Positions 61,243 to 64,000 of a stretch of DNA of 64,000 nucleotides are shown one piece after another. Position 1 is the stretch's first letter, and each line of letters starts with the position of its first letter. The notes under the pieces are model-generated. The model was not told where the DNA came from. It saw only the letters and a list, made by a program, of their open reading frames with translations, and searched no databases. Source of the stretch: Felis catus (taxonomy: Eukaryota); the NCBI RefSeq assembly GCF_018350175.1, contig NC_058369.1, positions 15,564,001 through 15,628,000 on the forward strand. Reading direction: 5' to 3'. The position numbers and the translations under genes are program-made.

Positions 61243-61460
61243 TTTTCTTTTTTTTTTTTAATGTTTATTTATTTTTGGGACAGAGAGACAGAGCATGAAC
61301 TGGAGAGGGGCAGAGAGAGAGGGAGACACAGAATCGGAAGCAGGCTCCAGGCTCTGAGCCATCAGCCCAGAGCCCGACGCGGGGCTCGAACTCACGGACC
61401 GCGAGATCGTGACCCGAGCGGAAGTCGGACGCTTAACCGACTGAGCCACCCAGGCGCCCC
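61243..61460 (-). mobile_element. Young feline Can-SINE
   Basis: Near-consensus reverse copy, ACTATTTTCTT flanks. Confidence 0.92.
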
Positions 61461-61469
61461 AGCAACTAT

Positions 61470-63090
61470 TTTCTTAACGGGTGATGTCAGAACAACTGAA
61501 CACCCACACGCAGAAAAAAAAACGAATCTCCACCCCCATCTCCCATTTTATACCTCCTCCCCCAAATCTCAAAATGGATCACAGACCTACGTGCACAGCT
61601 CAAAACTATAAAGCTTCTAGAAGATAGCCCAGGAGAACATCCCTCTGACCGTAAGGCGAGGCAAAGATCTCTTGGATACCACGTCGAAAGCACTGTCTAT
61701 GAAAGAAAAGTATTGATGAGTTAGATCTCATTTGAAAACTGTGTTCCGTGAAAGGCACGGTTAAGAAAGTGAAAAAGGCAAGCTAAGAGGCTGGGGGGGG
61801 CCTTCTGCAAAACACGTGTCTGGAAAAGACTTGGTGCCTAGAATTTATAAAGGACTCTCAAAACTCGACAATGATGAAAAAGAAAAAAAGAAACCCGTTC
61901 AAAAAAGGTACAAAAGGGGCGCCTGGGTGGCCCAGTCGGTTAAGCGTCCGACTTCAGCCAGGTCACGATCTCGTGGTCCGTGAGTTCGAGCCCCGCGTCA
62001 AGCTCTGGGCTGATGGCTTGGAGCCTGGAGCCTGTTTCCGATTCTGTGTCTCCCTCTCTCTCTGCCCCTCCCCCGTTCATGCTCTGTCTCTCTCTGTCCC
62101 AAAAATAAATAAAAAACGTTGAAAAAAAAATTAAAAAAAAAAAAGTACAAAAAAAATACACGCATGGCAAATTAGCCCACGAAAAGATGCTCAACACCAG
62201 CTTGTATCCTGAAAACGAGCAAATGTCAACCAAATGAGACGCCACCACATACCTCTTGGGATGAACCGGCTAAAGTAAGAAAGGCTGAAAGCACAAAGTG
62301 CTGGCGAGGCCCCGGGGCGAACCCACCCGCGCGTCGCTAGTGGAATGCAAAATGGTGTAGACACTCTGGGAAGCGGTTTGGCAGTTTCTTGTGAGGCTAA
62401 GCACTCACCGACCCTACAGCTCAGCGAGTTGACTCCAGCGTGTTTATTCTAGAAAAATGACAACGTACACTCACACAAAAAACCTGTATGGGAATGTTTA
62501 CAGCAGCTCCCTTCAGAGTCGTCGGAAACCGGAAACAACTTAATTGGCATCCAGCGGGCCAGCGGATAAGTAAATTCTGGGACAGACTACTAATTCCCGC
62601 AACAACATCGGAGACTCTGAGAAGCATGATGCCGTGTTAAAGATGCCAGATTCAAAAGGCTACAGACTGGGGCGCCTGGGTGGCTCAGTCGGTTAAGCGG
62701 CCGACCTCGGCTCAGGTCATGATCTCGCGGTCCGTGAGTTCGAGCCCCGTGTTGGGCTCTGTGCTGACAGCTCGGAGCCTGGAGCCTGTTTCGGATTCTG
62801 TGTCTCCCTCTCTCTGACCTTCCCCTGTTCATGCTCTGTCTCTGTCTCAAAAATAAATAAATGTTAAAAAAAGAAAAAAAGGCTACAGGCTGTATGACTC
62901 CATTTATGTGACATTCTGGAAAAGGCAAGCCTGGGGGGACAGAAAACAGACCTGTGGCCGCGGGCCCTTGGGAATGGGAGGGCTGACAGTAAGGGGTGTT
63001 ACTGGGTGGTGGGAATACAACCATACATTCATCAAAATTCATAAAACTACACCAACAAAAGTATTTTTCCGCACGTAAATATATCTCGCT
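61470..63090 (+). mobile_element. Old L1 3' portion interrupted by forward SINEs at 61917-62143 and 62669-62880
   Basis: aaaatggatcacagacct, aaaagatgctcaaca and ggaatgcaaaatggtgtag L1 motifs; TSD AAAAGGCTACAG around the second SINE. Confidence 0.75.
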
Positions 63091-63191
63091 AAGAGAAAAA
63101 TCAGTTTTGTGATCAGTTGGAAAACGAGCCCACTAACCAACCCTCTTCCCACTGGAGTGCTCCCCATGCTCCTTTGATGTAAGACCTCTGA

Positions 63192-63330
63192 GGGGCACCT
63201 GGGTGGCTCAGTCGGTTAAGCGTCCGACTCTTGATCTCAGGGTTGTGAGTTCAAGCCCTGTGTTGGGCTCTGCACTGGGTGTGAAGCTTACTACATTAAA
63301 TTAAATTAAATTAAATTAAATTAAATTAAA
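63192..63330 (+). mobile_element. Short Can-SINE with (TTAAA)n tail
   Basis: tRNA-like head followed by pentamer repeat. Confidence 0.85.
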
Positions 63331-63422
63331 TTTTATGAAATAAAACCTCTGACACTGCCTTAGCATGAGGAGACCCTATCATCAGGGAAAGGCCTTCACT
63401 CCCGTGTGTCTGGATGGGGCAC

Positions 63423-63830
63423 GTTGTGAGAGATTCAATATGCCCGCACATTCCCTGAAGCTGCTCCTGTGAACGGATTCCTGTCTCCCCCGCCCGTGAA
63501 TCTGGGCTGCTCTTGGGACCAGCTCTGTCCAACAGGATGTGGGGGAAAGGACGCCGTGATGGTTCCAGAGCCTGGGCCTCAGGACGCCCTACAGCCTCAC
63601 CACCACCTCTTGGAGTGCGTGCCCTGAGGCTGACACGTTTGGAAGCCGGTCCAGGGGACCCGGGGATGAAAAGCCCCACTGGAGGAGAACCGAGGGCCCA
63701 TCCAACTCAGCACCAAGCGCACACGTGTGAGGGCTTTCCAGCCGCCAGTGGATGCCACCATGAGAGCCAGGCCCGATGAAGCCGGCAGAGAACTTCCCAG
63801 GCACCCACAGAACTGTGAGAAAGAATTCAC
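63423..63830 (+). mobile_element. MaLR (MLT1-like) LTR relic
   Basis: gtgaatctgggctg...ttccagagcctgggcctca...cccacagaactgtgaga pattern. Confidence 0.6.
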
Positions 63831-64000
63831 TGTTTCAGCCTCTACTCCCCCCCACCCCTATTGGAATTTGACCAACGACCCCACCCCTGCCCTCCCTCCG
63901 GTCTCGCCATCACGCATGGCACCTAAGGTCACATCTCGTCTGTCAGCTTCGACGGGACGGCCTCCCAGGCTTTGTGTCTCATGACCTTGACTTGTTGGAC

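Noticed and set aside
58297..64000. Missing SLC6A20 start codon (pseudogene or truncation?)
   Set aside because: All ten visible exons are in frame; the N-terminal exon with the GLGNVWRFPY motif was not found and should lie beyond the window edge.

Overview
Mammalian genomic DNA, almost certainly felid judging from the dense feline-type Can-SINEs. It holds two convergent, intron-rich genes. On + are the last 14 coding exons of SACM1L (SAC1 PI4P phosphatase; exons 7-20 by human numbering; CDS 90..29256, 1221 nt in frame, catalytic CMDCLDRT, C-terminal KEKMD). On - are exons 2-11 of SLC6A20 (SIT1 imino-acid transporter; 58296..37458, 1658 nt; exon 1 lies beyond the window). The rest is intron, UTR and spacer filled with Can-SINEs, old L1/L2/MIR fragments, hAT and Tigger relics, MaLR LTRs and a ~1 kb (CCAT/CCAC)n array. 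The most notable signals concern splicing and base composition. SACM1L has a U12-type intron, two GC-AG introns, candidate poison exons and an exon-scale GC3 mosaic. SLC6A20 has a SINE fragment abutting the exon 3 acceptor, a CRE/AP-1-ARE/ETS motif cluster in intron 2 and an inverted SINE pair in its 3' UTR. I found no evidence of a wholly new gene system. Gene identities and comparisons with human rely on recalled protein sequences, and repeat subfamily names are by-eye calls.
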